Source: Candidatus Nomurabacteria bacterium
GTDB taxonomy: Bacteria > Patescibacteriota > Minisyncoccia > Phycocordibacterales > UBA9973
DNA length: 64,000 bases
Assembly (NCBI GenBank): GCA_016699085.1
Contig: CP064958.1
Span: 732,619 to 796,618, forward strand
Direction: 5' to 3'
The translations under genes and the position numbers were made by a program. Position 1 is the stretch's first letter; each line of letters begins with the position of its first letter. Below are positions 1 through 9,931 of this stretch, one piece after another. A model generated the notes under the pieces. The model was not told the origin of the DNA and ran no database searches. It saw only the letters and a list, made by a program, of their open reading frames with translations.

Positions 1-512
1 ATCGTAATAGCATTGATGATCTCGAGCATATCAGCGAGTTCAGCAATACTTTTTGAAGCATTAAATTCATCTACTTCCTCTTTTAGTTTTTCAAAAAGTT
101 TAGCCTCGTACTCTAATTCATCTGCAATGTGTATTTTGTATGGCACATGCTTGCTATCCAAGTATTCTGGAATACCATCTCGCACGAGCTTATTATACAC
201 TTTCTTCTCCTTGTATTTATCCTCACTGTTTAGGATCAATGATCCGGGGAGTTGAATAGTATTTATTTTAGGCAAAAACCTAAGTCTTGGTATTTGGATT
301 TTAGGAAATAAAAGCGAGACAAAATATCCCAGCAAGTAGGCATTTATTATAAGTAAAATAGTATTGAGGGCATATTTTGTCTCAAATTGAACAAAATAGT
401 CTTTGAGTGTGGGTTCTCTCACACCTAGAGTAATACCAAGGATTACCAAAGCAACAATGAAAATACTGAGTGCAAAGAGGAGGTGCTGCTTTGTGGGACG
501 AATTAGATCCAT
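1..512 (-). CDS. partial CDS (C-terminus lies beyond window start): N-terminal 2-TM anchor fused to MazG/HisE-like NTP pyrophosphohydrolase domain
   Basis: Own minus-strand translation: open frame from ATG at 512-510 (MDLIRPTKQHLLFALSIFIVALVILG...) to the window edge. C-terminal part ...KLVRDGIPEYLD...EEVDEFN...ELADMLEIINAI matches the MazG-like 'KLVRDKIPEI...ELADILEV' signature. Absent from the ORF track because no stop lies inside the window. Confidence 0.55.
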   Translation of the reverse strand, partial: MDLIRPTKQHLLFALSIFIVALVILGITLGVREPTLKDYFVQFETKYALNTILLIINAYLLGYFVSLLFPKIQIPRLRFLPKINTIQLPGSLILNSEDKYKEKKVYNKLVRDGIPEYLDSKHVPYKIHIADELEYEAKLFEKLKEEVDEFNASKSIAELADMLEIINAIT

Positions 513-598
513 GTATTTGACAGTTTAGCAAAATGAGTTTTATATAGCAATAAAAAAACTCCATAACAAATTTGTTGTGGAGTTTGTATAATTTAACA

Positions 599-1069
599 CT
601 AAACCCATTCCTTCCCAGTCCAAGTTGCAAATGCAAAGCTCTTGCTTTTAAGAAATTGCTCGAATAAATCTAATGCTATGGGTCCCACCCTGCGAAATTT
701 AAGTACGCTTTCCTTACCTTCGGCCACCAAATATTCAAGCGATTCGTCATTCCAATGTTTAAAAACATTGCAGAATTGTGATACTAAGCGTTGGTTTTCT
801 TTAGTACCGGTTAAACGGAATTCTTCAATAAATTCTTTCAATTTTATTTTCTTTGCCTTTTCCAATATAATTTTTCTTTTATTAAGATTCCTTTTTGAAG
901 GAGTCTCTATAAAACGAACATCTATTCTAAAACCGGTTGCATATGCAGTTGAGTATTGATAAGGTTTTTTATTTTTTATCTGTTTCAATGCCAACTCGAG
1001 AAAATAATCTGTAAGTTCAGTAGAATTAACGTTGATCTCGAGACCATTTGGAAGTTTTTTTATATTCAT
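599..1069 (-). CDS. hypothetical protein (156 aa)
   Basis: ORF track; no recognisable motif. Confidence 0.4.
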   Translation of the reverse strand: MNIKKLPNGLEINVNSTELTDYFLELALKQIKNKKPYQYSTAYATGFRIDVRFIETPSKRNLNKRKIILEKAKKIKLKEFIEEFRLTGTKENQRLVSQFCNVFKHWNDESLEYLVAEGKESVLKFRRVGPIALDLFEQFLKSKSFAFATWTGKEWV

Positions 1070-1195
1070 TTTTATTTAATTTTGATTGGTTACCGCAAAC
1101 CCCAAATAGGATTTCTGGTCACCAATCAAAACTTTTTAATGAGCCCATTAATTAACGATATAATAGCATGTTTATATATAAAGTCAATAGCATAG

Positions 1196-1221
1196 AAAAA
1201 GCCCTCATCTTAGGGCTTTTT
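1196..1221 (-). terminator. rho-independent terminator hairpin (aaaaagccct/agggcttttt) downstream of gap
   Basis: 10-bp stem, 6-nt loop, flanked by T-run on the gap strand; also reads as a terminator on plus. Confidence 0.6.
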
Positions 1222-1243
1222 CTGAGAATCTTTGTATTTAAAC

Positions 1244-2293
1244 TTACTTAATCGTCTTCCCTGTCTTGATGACATGATCTACTAATGTATTCGTATACCC
1301 CATTTCGTTATCGTACCAACCCATAACTTTGACGAGATTGCCATCTACCACGCGCGTCATAGCAAGATCTGCGATCGATGCATGAGGATTGCCGAGGATA
1401 TCTGACGAGACAAGTGGTTCGTTAGTCACGGCAAAAATATTTTGCCAGTGTGGATCATTAACAGCCTTTGTGAGAATCGCATTAACTTCTTCTGCTGTAG
1501 TCGAACGCTTGGCAATAAATGTCACATCGACGATCGATCCTGCAGGCACTGGCACGCGAATCGATATGCCATCAAAAAGTCCTTCGAGATCAGGAAATGC
1601 TTTCGTTACCGCAATCGCTGCCCCAGTTGATGAGGGTACGATGTTTTGTGCAGCAGCGCGACCTTCCCGAAGATCTTTCTTGCTTGGACCATCGACGAGG
1701 GACTGGCTCGCTGTGTAACCATGGACTGTATTTAAAATTGCTTTCTCGATACCGATCGCACCATGGAGGATCGCGATAAGTGGACTTGCCGCATTGGTTG
1801 TGCACGAAGCATTAGAGGTAATGTCACACGTGCCGAACTTGTTTTCATTCACACCCAAAAGTATTGTTTCCCCGATTACTCCAGCTCCATCACCTTCTTT
1901 GGCTGGAGCTGAGATTACGACTTTCTTGGCACCATCGTCGATGTGGAATTTTGCTTTATCAAACGCAGTGAAAAGTCCTGTAGACTCAACCACAACATCA
2001 ATATTGAGATCTTTCCAGGGAAGCTTAGTGGTATCCTTCTCTGATATGAACTTCACTGTTTTGCCGTCTACAACAAGATCTGTACCAGAAACTTGCACAT
2101 CATGTCCCCATGTACGATAGACAGTATCATGCTTTAGTAAGTACGCCAGACTTTCAATCGAGCCAAGATCATTAACAGCCACAATTTCTAATTCCTTTTT
2201 CTCCCAGGCCAATTTCAAAAATGCCCGACCGATGCGCCCAAATCCATTAATCGCAACCCTGATTTTGCTTGCCCCGTTAGAATTTTCACTCAT
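1244..2293 (-). CDS. gap: glyceraldehyde-3-phosphate dehydrogenase
   Basis: NGFGRIGR NAD-binding motif and SNASCTTN active-site motif; 349 aa. Confidence 0.95.
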   Translation of the reverse strand: MSENSNGASKIRVAINGFGRIGRAFLKLAWEKKELEIVAVNDLGSIESLAYLLKHDTVYRTWGHDVQVSGTDLVVDGKTVKFISEKDTTKLPWKDLNIDVVVESTGLFTAFDKAKFHIDDGAKKVVISAPAKEGDGAGVIGETILLGVNENKFGTCDITSNASCTTNAASPLIAILHGAIGIEKAILNTVHGYTASQSLVDGPSKKDLREGRAAAQNIVPSSTGAAIAVTKAFPDLEGLFDGISIRVPVPAGSIVDVTFIAKRSTTAEEVNAILTKAVNDPHWQNIFAVTNEPLVSSDILGNPHASIADLAMTRVVDGNLVKVMGWYDNEMGYTNTLVDHVIKTGKTIK

Positions 2294-2410
2294 ATATTTT
2301 ATACTGCAATAAACTAATAACTAAAATTATACGACTCTTTGCCACGAAATATTCTCTTAAAAAATTCTTTCGGGGTTATTTTCCATATAGTTCAGTATAC
2401 CAAAAACTAA

Positions 2411-2437
2411 AAAACAGCGCACTTTTGCGCTGTTTTT
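2411..2437 (-). terminator. rho-independent terminator (aaaacagcgca cttt tgcgctgtttt)
   Basis: 11-bp stem plus T-run, downstream of the 2437..2940 gene on its strand. Confidence 0.55.
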
Positions 2438-2940
2438 TAGTCAATTATCGGCTCCCCAGTTTTATAACTAATAACAATCTGATCTTTATCTTTCAAAATT
2501 GTATTTTCAAATGTATTTACAGTCACACCGTTAACTGTCAGAGTGATCTTATGCATTGGATCAGTCACTTTATCGAGGATATGATTCTGGTCAAATGGCT
2601 TATTCCATACTGCAAAAAAGTCTGCTAATGTAAAATCTTTTTGTATTGGGGATTCAACATGGAGTGTACCGTCCGCATCATGGGTATGGAGCGAATGCAT
2701 ACAAGTTGGCGTAATACCAATGTCAGCAGGAATGATCTGCGTCTCACCGTCAATTATTATCGTCAGTACTGGGTGAATATGGAATTCTGTGGCCATATCT
2801 GTCGTACAAAGCATCGCAACTTCACGACTGGTCATGTTAGCATCTTCGACTGCTTTTTTAGCTTTAAGATTTTTGCTCCAAAGCAGCAACCCACCAATGA
2901 TAACAACAACGATAGCAATGATAATGATATTTTTCTTCAT
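2437..2940 (-). CDS. membrane-anchored hypothetical protein (N-terminal TM; His-rich HTHDADGTLH segment)
   Basis: ORF track; hydrophobic N-terminus IIIIAIVVVIIGGLLL. Confidence 0.5.
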   Translation of the reverse strand: MKKNIIIIAIVVVIIGGLLLWSKNLKAKKAVEDANMTSREVAMLCTTDMATEFHIHPVLTIIIDGETQIIPADIGITPTCMHSLHTHDADGTLHVESPIQKDFTLADFFAVWNKPFDQNHILDKVTDPMHKITLTVNGVTVNTFENTILKDKDQIVISYKTGEPIID

Positions 2941-2974
2941 ATAGTCTTAGTATACTAAATAGAGTATCCTCGAG

Positions 2975-4405
2975 CTAACCAAGGATCTCTTTTAAAAGTT
3001 TAATTGTAATAGCAGGATTTGCACTGCCATTGCTTGCTTTAATAACTTTTCCAACGAGAGACATGAGCGCATTTTCTTTGCCACCTTTATACGTTGCAAC
3101 AACATCTGGATTTTCTGCAATAATTTTTTTGATAATTTCAGTAAGAGCACCTTCGTCATTACTTTGAAGTAATCCTTTATCAGTTGCTATCGCAAGTGGT
3201 GATGCATCCTCTACCACAATCATAGCCAAAATGTCTTTGGCTGCGCGTGATGAAATTTGCCCACTTGTAACGAGATCAATTAACTCGGCAAAGTGTTCAT
3301 ACGTCGGCAGAGTAACTTTGGGATTATTTTTCTTTAATCCAATAAAATCACTCGTAATATAGTTGGAGGCGATTTTTATTTTATTTACATCGATAAGTTT
3401 TGCGGCAACGGACTCAAACCATGTTGCGAGCGTACGATCGAGAATATACGTATCAATATCTTCGTCTTTTATTCCGTACACATTTTTATACCGTACTTTT
3501 TTTGCATTCGGCAATTCAGGCAATGCACTCCTCATCGCTTCAAGATCAAATACTTCTGAAAGCTTCATTTTCGGCAAATCTGGATCAGGGAAATACCGAT
3601 ACTCCTGAGCGTTCTCTTTAGAACGCTGTGAAAATGTAGACTGTTTGCCCTCATCCCAACCACGTGTTTCTTGGACGATATCACTTCCCTTGCCGGCTTC
3701 GAGTAATTTCTGCATACGATCAAGCTCATACTTTATCGCACGTTCAACACTTCTAAATGAATTGAGGTTTTTAACTTCTACTTTTGTACCGAAATTGTTC
3801 GCATCATCTGAGAGAGAAATATTTGCCTCTACACGCATTTCACCTTTCTCCATATTTGCTTCTGAGACATCAAGGTAGCGGAGCAATAACTGAAACTCCT
3901 TTGCAAATTTGGCACCTGTGCTTGCAGCTTCTTCTGGAGTTGGAAATGTATGTGGCTCAGTCACAAGCTCCATAAGTGGCACACCAGCGCGATTGAAATC
4001 AACCAATGAGAAATCCCCTCTGTCGTGTTTGTTATTAGCTGTATCTTCCTCGAGGTGTATACGTGTGATTTCCATACCAGCAAGCTCGCCACCAGAAACG
4101 ATCGGATATTTGTACTGGGATATCTGATAGCCTTTGGGAATATCTGGGTAGAAATAATGTTTGCGGTCAAACTCAGTGAAGTCAGCGATTGTACCGCCTT
4201 GAGCTATCCCAACTCGAACCACATGTTCAACTGCTTGTTTGTTGATCGTCGGCAAACTTCCAGGATGAGCGAGACATATAGGACACACATTTGTATTTGG
4301 TTTTGCTTCATCAGGATCATTCTTGCACGAACAAAACATCTTAGTTTTTGTTTTAAGCTCTGCGTGTATTTCTAATCCGATTGTTGAGTAATATTTGGTT
4401 TCCAC
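2975..4405 (-). CDS. gatB: Asp-tRNA(Asn)/Glu-tRNA(Gln) amidotransferase subunit B
   Basis: 476 aa; GatB hallmark N-terminus (YxxxIGLEIHxEL, CxxC...CPIC zinc motif) and C-terminal GatB/YqeY domain. Confidence 0.93.
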   Translation of the reverse strand: METKYYSTIGLEIHAELKTKTKMFCSCKNDPDEAKPNTNVCPICLAHPGSLPTINKQAVEHVVRVGIAQGGTIADFTEFDRKHYFYPDIPKGYQISQYKYPIVSGGELAGMEITRIHLEEDTANNKHDRGDFSLVDFNRAGVPLMELVTEPHTFPTPEEAASTGAKFAKEFQLLLRYLDVSEANMEKGEMRVEANISLSDDANNFGTKVEVKNLNSFRSVERAIKYELDRMQKLLEAGKGSDIVQETRGWDEGKQSTFSQRSKENAQEYRYFPDPDLPKMKLSEVFDLEAMRSALPELPNAKKVRYKNVYGIKDEDIDTYILDRTLATWFESVAAKLIDVNKIKIASNYITSDFIGLKKNNPKVTLPTYEHFAELIDLVTSGQISSRAAKDILAMIVVEDASPLAIATDKGLLQSNDEGALTEIIKKIIAENPDVVATYKGGKENALMSLVGKVIKASNGSANPAITIKLLKEILG

Positions 4406-4487
4406 GGCAAAAGTATAGCAAAAATAAGGATATGGCTGTACTTGACAAAATTAATATTATTTGCTACTATATTAAAAATCTACAAAC

Positions 4488-4760
4488 ATGCTCATAACTC
4501 AAACAAATGGACCTATCGTTGCGATGAACACGATGGTGAAGCTCACTAAAGTACATGGTAATGGACTTGCATCCAACAATAAAGTCGGAACTGTACTAAA
4601 GGGGCGCATTAAAAATCATGGTGCCCTAAACGTCGGCCAAGCTTTAGAGTTGGACAAGGGTGGAAATACTTCCACTATCACAAGCGCTACTAAAACCGAA
4701 GATGGTGATTATGTACTAACAACCATCACTGGCGTTTATTTCCTTCAGAAATTCAAATAA
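4488..4760 (+). CDS. small hypothetical protein (90 aa)
   Basis: ORF track only; lies in an intergenic gap between two minus-strand genes. Confidence 0.3.
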   Translation: MLITQTNGPIVAMNTMVKLTKVHGNGLASNNKVGTVLKGRIKNHGALNVGQALELDKGGNTSTITSATKTEDGDYVLTTITGVYFLQKFK

Positions 4761-4809
4761 CAAACAAAGCGCAACACAGAAATCACTTATGTAAAATATA
4801 AGTGATTTT

Positions 4810-5832
4810 TTATTTTCTCAAAATCTTGACCAACTCGTCCCCAAATGCTTTCACAGACGCATCATCGTAGAGTGAAATTGTAAACACTGGCTTTTTAAGC
4901 TTCGTAAATTCTTTTACTTTTGCTGCAATAGTTTTCTCATCACTGACGTCAGTTTTGGTTAGAAGTATGATTTCTTCTTTCTCAGCGAGCCCTTTGCCAT
5001 ATTTTTCTAATTCACCACGAATTTGTTTATACACTTTCATCATCCCAATCGAATCTTCAGACTTCTTTGAAGTCTTGCTTCGAACGGGACTAGTATTCAT
5101 TTCATTTTCGAATGACACAAGGTGGAGCAGTATGTTTGTATGTTTAATATGACGCAAGAATTTAATACCGAGCCCTTTGCCTTCACTGGCACCTTCGATA
5201 AGTCCTGGAATATCAGCGAGAATATATTTTCTAAAGCTTCCGAGGTTTGGATCAAGTGTCGTAAATGCATAGTCGCCGATTTTCGCTGTGGCATTGGTAA
5301 GCGCATTCAAGAGACTCGACTTCCCCGCATTTGGAAGTCCTATGAGTCCGACATCAGCATAGAGCTCAAGCTCAATTTTAAATTCACCAACTTCGCCGGC
5401 TTTGCCTGGAGTCGCTTTCTCTGGAGTTGTATTAATCGAACTCTTGAATTGCTCATTACCTTTGCCCCCTTGACCGCCATGAAGCAGTAGTATGCGCTCG
5501 CCTTCTTTGGTCAACCGTTCTACATGATCAGTATCAATGTTCGTAATGATCGAACCGATCGGAAGCATGAGGATGAGATCTTCCCCGTCTCGGCCGTGTT
5601 TACTAGAGCTACCACCGTCTTTGCCATCTTCAGCTTTGTACTCACGCTTTTGCTTGTAGGTGCCCATGATATAGACATCACGAGTTGCTTCAACGTATAC
5701 ATGACCACCACGGCCACCATCACCTCCAGCTGGTCCGCCTTTGGCAATGAATTTCTCTCGGCGCCAGCGAACAACACCGTCACCTCCAGTGCCTGCCGCT
5801 GCTTTAAGTTTTATTTCATCAATGAGTGCCAT
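4810..5832 (-). CDS. obg: GTPase Obg/CgtA
   Basis: N-terminal glycine-rich Obg fold (GGDGGRGG, GGQGGKGN) followed by G-domain GLPNAGKSSL. Confidence 0.93.
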   Translation of the reverse strand: MALIDEIKLKAAAGTGGDGVVRWRREKFIAKGGPAGGDGGRGGHVYVEATRDVYIMGTYKQKREYKAEDGKDGGSSSKHGRDGEDLILMLPIGSIITNIDTDHVERLTKEGERILLLHGGQGGKGNEQFKSSINTTPEKATPGKAGEVGEFKIELELYADVGLIGLPNAGKSSLLNALTNATAKIGDYAFTTLDPNLGSFRKYILADIPGLIEGASEGKGLGIKFLRHIKHTNILLHLVSFENEMNTSPVRSKTSKKSEDSIGMMKVYKQIRGELEKYGKGLAEKEEIILLTKTDVSDEKTIAAKVKEFTKLKKPVFTISLYDDASVKAFGDELVKILRK

Positions 5833-5922
5833 ATATTATTTAGAATGATAAAAGGTAGTAAGACACAAATTTTGGACCGAACACTGTCTGAGCATTACTT
5901 CCTGATAAATTGAAAGCGAGTT

Positions 5923-5954
5923 TGCCTGCCCGACTAAATAGTCGTTCGGGCGGG
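5923..5954. repeat. 32-nt structured repeat, copy A (tgcctgcccgactaaatagtcgttcgggcggg)
   Basis: 31/32 identical to 34013..34044; folds as cgact-NNNN-agtcg hairpin with a GC-rich imperfect lower stem. The single difference falls in the loop. Confidence 0.7.
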
Positions 5955-5991
5955 TGAGGCGAGAAATTCGTGTCTTGTGAAATTTTATCAT

Positions 5992-6888
5992 TTATTTTTG
6001 ATCTAATGCTAATTGCGCTAGCTTGATCGCATCATCTCTCGTCTCAGCAACAGCAAGAAATCTATGCATATGACAAAAAACTGCAGTCGACACTCCAGTA
6101 ACTTTAATTAATTCTTCATCTCTCAAACCTGCCCAAGATTCTGGGAAATGCAGCCTGCGTTCAAACGTTCCCGGCACTGACACAACAGTCTCTGCTTTCC
6201 ATTTACCATCAGTTCGTGGAGCAACCATAATAAGTGGCTCAGGTAATTCTGTGAGTGTATGCATGGCAGGATAGCGATCATCTAAAATAATCATGCGTTT
6301 ATCAACTGCTTCCATATAGGCCTCCATCACTTTATCTTTGGCATCTAGCGCATCTCGTGTGTGGATAATTTCTCGCTCCAGAATCCTCATGGCGAGATTA
6401 ACCGCTTCGATAAAACCCTCATCAACATCAGTCTCTTCCCTCCAGGTCGGGATAAATTTTGAAATCACATTATGTACAAGATATGGACGAACGTCAGGTT
6501 TCGTATAGGCCATTAGCTCAACGCCATTATCCCCTGCATCGATTGGACAAACCAACCGCAGATCGATTTGATCTCTAATTTCTTCAGTACCACAAAGTTT
6601 GCTACCAAACTCTTTCCAAATAAGCCCAAACGACGCATACGGTATACCATTGTCTCGTTCGCCAGCACCGCCGATTTGGTGGTGGTCAAAACGTTTACCT
6701 GCACTGTCATAGACACCGCCTACATCAACGACATAGGTAGCAGTTTCAATAACTCGAGTATCACGGGAGCGAATAATATCAAGTGGCTGATCTTTGTAGT
6801 ACATAGATAACGCCGCACAAGCAAAAACTTCGTCAGTATGAAAACCGCCGTCGTGCGTCACTATAATGATTTGTTCATGTTTATTCAT
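5992..6888 (-). CDS. MYG1/UPF0160 family metal-dependent hydrolase
   Basis: THDGGFHTDEV ... HH ... MYG1-type motifs. Start chosen at MNKHEQ (ATG 6888-6886), giving an ATGAATAA start/stop overlap with the upstream gene; the longest ORF extends to 6915. Confidence 0.8.
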   Translation of the reverse strand: MNKHEQIIIVTHDGGFHTDEVFACAALSMYYKDQPLDIIRSRDTRVIETATYVVDVGGVYDSAGKRFDHHQIGGAGERDNGIPYASFGLIWKEFGSKLCGTEEIRDQIDLRLVCPIDAGDNGVELMAYTKPDVRPYLVHNVISKFIPTWREETDVDEGFIEAVNLAMRILEREIIHTRDALDAKDKVMEAYMEAVDKRMIILDDRYPAMHTLTELPEPLIMVAPRTDGKWKAETVVSVPGTFERRLHFPESWAGLRDEELIKVTGVSTAVFCHMHRFLAVAETRDDAIKLAQLALDQK

Positions 6889-7483
6889 GGTGGTGGAATT
6901 CTTCTTTGACCTCAACGAACATATTGATGAGTCGCTCGAGAATAAAGAAGCATAGCAGGAATAGGAAGATAGTCAAAATGAACGTAGAGATAGTATGGGT
7001 GACTGCGATCGCCGCATAACTAAACACATATCCCAAAACAAACAAACTGCCAAGCCATATTGTCGAAGAAATAAACTCAGCCTTGAGGAATAAAGATAAT
7101 TTTATTCGTTCGTATCCTGAGAAAATAAGGACAAAATTATTGATCCCATATAAGAATTTTGAAAAAATAATTGACCAGAATGGTTTTGTATTAAAATTTG
7201 GTAATAGCGCTAAAACTTTACGCTCAAAATAATGAAATAATTTATGCTCACCATATTTGCGTCTCAGGTATACTCCTAAATAATACCCTAATATTGTTTT
7301 CAAGATTGCACCAGAGATAAGGACTGGAAGTAGTATAGAGAGTTTGACGATACCGAGGTGTACCATAATTCCTGATACAAGGAGCGCAATCTCACCTTCC
7401 AAAATTACATCGATAAACAACAATGTATACGCCAATACTGCATGGTCATTGATAAAGAGTTTAGCAAAATCAATCAAATGCAT
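6881..7483 (-). CDS. DedA/SNARE-associated family membrane protein (putative)
   Basis: Multi-TM protein; GYYLGVYLRRKYGEHKLFHYFERKV resembles the DedA signature region. Confidence 0.5.
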   Translation of the reverse strand: MHLIDFAKLFINDHAVLAYTLLFIDVILEGEIALLVSGIMVHLGIVKLSILLPVLISGAILKTILGYYLGVYLRRKYGEHKLFHYFERKVLALLPNFNTKPFWSIIFSKFLYGINNFVLIFSGYERIKLSLFLKAEFISSTIWLGSLFVLGYVFSYAAIAVTHTISTFILTIFLFLLCFFILERLINMFVEVKEEFHHHE

Positions 7484-7484
7484 T

Positions 7485-7823
7485 TTATTTATCCAAGATT
7501 TTATCGCCTATCCAATTGAGTACTGATACAATGAACGCTCCGATAAGCGCAGCTACGAATGTATCAACAGTAAAGCCTTTGATCAGCACTGCGACAAACC
7601 AGAAGAACAAACCATTTAAAAGTAGCCCGAACAATCCCAACGTCAAAATGTTTATCGGAAGCGTCAAAAGTTTGACTATAGGTTTGATAATCAGATTGAT
7701 AAAACCAAGCACGGCACCAACAATAATCGCTGTTATAACAGTATCGACATGAATACCGGAGACGACATAGGGGGTTACGAATACTGCAGCAGATAGGATA
7801 AGCCAATGAATGACGATTTTCAT
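7485..7823 (-). CDS. Phage_holin_4_2 (YvlD/DUF360) family membrane protein
   Basis: 112 aa, 4 TM; GIHVD...TLPINILTLGLF...GFTVD pattern typical of the YvlD-type holin-like family. Confidence 0.7.
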   Translation of the reverse strand: MKIVIHWLILSAAVFVTPYVVSGIHVDTVITAIIVGAVLGFINLIIKPIVKLLTLPINILTLGLFGLLLNGLFFWFVAVLIKGFTVDTFVAALIGAFIVSVLNWIGDKILDK

Positions 7824-7871
7824 AATTATTAAAAGTAAATTAGTAATAAGTAAATAGTATTGTTAGGAAAA

Positions 7872-8327
7872 TTAGAAAAGTGAATCTACGACAGCTTTAA
7901 CATCCATGCCATCTGCTTTACCTTTGAGATCTTTCATGAGGGAAGCCATAAGCATACCTTTCTTTGTTGGATCAGTAATACCGAGTTCAGCTTGCTTGGC
8001 TTTGGCCAATGTTTCGATCTCAGTTCGATCCATGAGCTTGGGTAAATACGTTTCTAGTATGGCAAGTTGTGCAGTTTCTTCAGTAACCAAATCCGCACGT
8101 CCACCTTTTTGAAATTGTTCAATCGAATCCTTGCGCTGCTTGGCAAGTTTGGTGATGACTGCAATAACTTCTTCATCGCTAAGTGCTTCCTGTGGGGTTC
8201 TACCTTTGGCAACCAAGTCATTCGTCATTGCTGCACTAATGCCACGAAGTACTTCGAGACGAACTGAATCCTTGGCAAGCATAGCGTCTTTAATACTAGT
8301 CTTAATTTGTTGTTGCAGTGTATCCAT
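7872..8327 (-). CDS. GatB/YqeY domain protein
   Basis: 151 aa; IKDAMLAKD...LPKLM pattern of YqeY. Confidence 0.85.
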   Translation of the reverse strand: MDTLQQQIKTSIKDAMLAKDSVRLEVLRGISAAMTNDLVAKGRTPQEALSDEEVIAVITKLAKQRKDSIEQFQKGGRADLVTEETAQLAILETYLPKLMDRTEIETLAKAKQAELGITDPTKKGMLMASLMKDLKGKADGMDVKAVVDSLF

Positions 8328-8364
8328 ATGGAAACAAGTATACCAAATATGCTAGCATGAATCT

Positions 8365-9090
8365 ATGGCTTACAAACTCTTATTTCTGGATACTGAAACA
8401 ACAGGTAATGAGACCAAGGATTACCTGTGCCAAGTTGCATGGAGTGATGGCAAGAACCGTCATAGTGCACTTTTCAAGCCACCAGTACCTATATCCTACG
8501 AATCAATGGCAGTACACCATATTACGAATAAAATGGTTGCCGATAAACCTGCGTTTAAATTCAGCACTGAACACGCAGAAGTAGCCAAGCGTTTTGCCGA
8601 TGAAGAGACAGTGTTTATTGCGCACAATGCCATATTTGATCTGGGCATGTTAGCCAAAGAAGGATTAGTTCCGCAAAAATATATCTGCACACTCAGAGTC
8701 GCACGACACCTCGATCCAGAAGAAAAAATATCATCCTATCGCCTCCAATATTTGCGCTACTTTCTGGACCTGGAAGTCGATAACTCTGCGACAGCGCATG
8801 ATGCACTCGGTGATGTGCTCGTACTCGAGCAATTATTCGATCGATTATTTAAAAAAATCATTGAGACTGACCAGTGCACTGAACTCGAAGCGTATCAGAA
8901 AATGATCGACATATCGAGTCACCCATCACTCATAAAGACATTCAAGTTCGGCAAACATGTCGATAAGAAAGTCGAAGAAGTCGCCAAAATTGATCCCGGC
9001 TACCTCGAATGGCTTCTCAATCAAAAGCTTGAATCAAACCCCGATGATGAGGATTGGATTTATACACTGAAGCATTATTTAGGAAAATAA
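8365..9090 (+). CDS. DnaQ-like (DEDDh) 3'-5' exonuclease with C-terminal extension
   Basis: Exo I motif FLDTETTG; HNAIFDLGML (Exo II); HDALGDV (Exo III). Confidence 0.8.
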   Translation: MAYKLLFLDTETTGNETKDYLCQVAWSDGKNRHSALFKPPVPISYESMAVHHITNKMVADKPAFKFSTEHAEVAKRFADEETVFIAHNAIFDLGMLAKEGLVPQKYICTLRVARHLDPEEKISSYRLQYLRYFLDLEVDNSATAHDALGDVLVLEQLFDRLFKKIIETDQCTELEAYQKMIDISSHPSLIKTFKFGKHVDKKVEEVAKIDPGYLEWLLNQKLESNPDDEDWIYTLKHYLGK

Positions 9091-9091
9091 A

Positions 9092-9123
9092 AGACCTCTC
9101 TTCATCATAGAAGAGAGGTTACT
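9092..9123. terminator. bidirectional terminator hairpin (acctctcttc ... gaagagaggt)
   Basis: 10-bp stem between convergent genes 8365..9090(+) and 9105..9854(-). Confidence 0.5.
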
Positions 9124-9854
9124 TTTTTGTAATATTCAATTTGCTTTGCATGTCTGATTGCAACTTCGTACTCAGTTTTGCATCCAAGTGATATTTCCCA
9201 GCCCTGATTCATAATAACTTTTGAAATAAAGGGCGAGCAAATAATAGGCTCGTAGAAAACTTCAAACTTATTTCTTGTCTCGTTTGCACTAAGATTAGGT
9301 AGTCTTAAATTAAGGAATGGAATTTGATTAAATATAAGCCCACCATGTTCTTCAGCAGCATTAATAATCATTTTTCGTAATTCTTTGATTCCTTTTCGCA
9401 CTCCATGTGGATGAGCGTACAAGGGACTACTGATGAATACTAATTCTCCTGCATTCATCTTACTCATTTGAGTAAGTGCCTTATTTAGTAATTCATCATA
9501 GTTTTTGCATGATCTCAGATTCATCCAACAGCGAAACTCAAGGATTCGATTGGCAATAATAAGTGTACTGCGCCATCCTATACGTCTGCTATATCCCCAT
9601 TCCAAATGTCTTTGATACCATTCCTCATCAGCTTGGGTACTTGGTGAATAAGGGAAATTCCAATGCCTACTATTTAGTGATCTGTCTGATATTTTCTGAA
9701 ATCCTTTATATGGATTTAGAAACAGAACTCGCAGTAGTAAAATAATATGTGGTATCCGTGCCGTAAGTAAGTATTTATTCTGAAGTTCAAGCAAAAAAAT
9801 TGGTAGAAAAAGTGCGAATGCTATAAAAAAAGTAAGAACAGTTTGCATGATCAA
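9105..9854 (-). CDS. hypothetical protein with N-terminal TM (249 aa)
   Basis: ORF track; no confident family. Confidence 0.4.
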   Translation of the reverse strand: MIMQTVLTFFIAFALFLPIFLLELQNKYLLTARIPHIILLLRVLFLNPYKGFQKISDRSLNSRHWNFPYSPSTQADEEWYQRHLEWGYSRRIGWRSTLIIANRILEFRCWMNLRSCKNYDELLNKALTQMSKMNAGELVFISSPLYAHPHGVRKGIKELRKMIINAAEEHGGLIFNQIPFLNLRLPNLSANETRNKFEVFYEPIICSPFISKVIMNQGWEISLGCKTEYEVAIRHAKQIEYYKKVTSLL

Positions 9855-9931
9855 ATTTTTCTTATAATAGCATATTTATTAACAAAAGTCAATAAATTAC
9901 AATTCCATCAAATTAACGCTATAATATCCTT

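Noticed and set aside
13-255. ORF-track ORF (80 aa, plus strand)
   Set aside because: Antisense to a continuous minus-strand reading frame with clear MazG-like homology; low-complexity Ser/Leu translation.
382-636. ORF-track ORF (84 aa, minus strand)
   Set aside because: Different frame overlapping the TM N-terminus of the MazG-like partial gene; Cys/His-rich nonsense-like sequence.
1389-2120. Several plus-strand ORFs (109, 62, 86, 108 aa) inside gap
   Set aside because: Antisense or alternative-frame ORFs within a high-confidence GAPDH gene.
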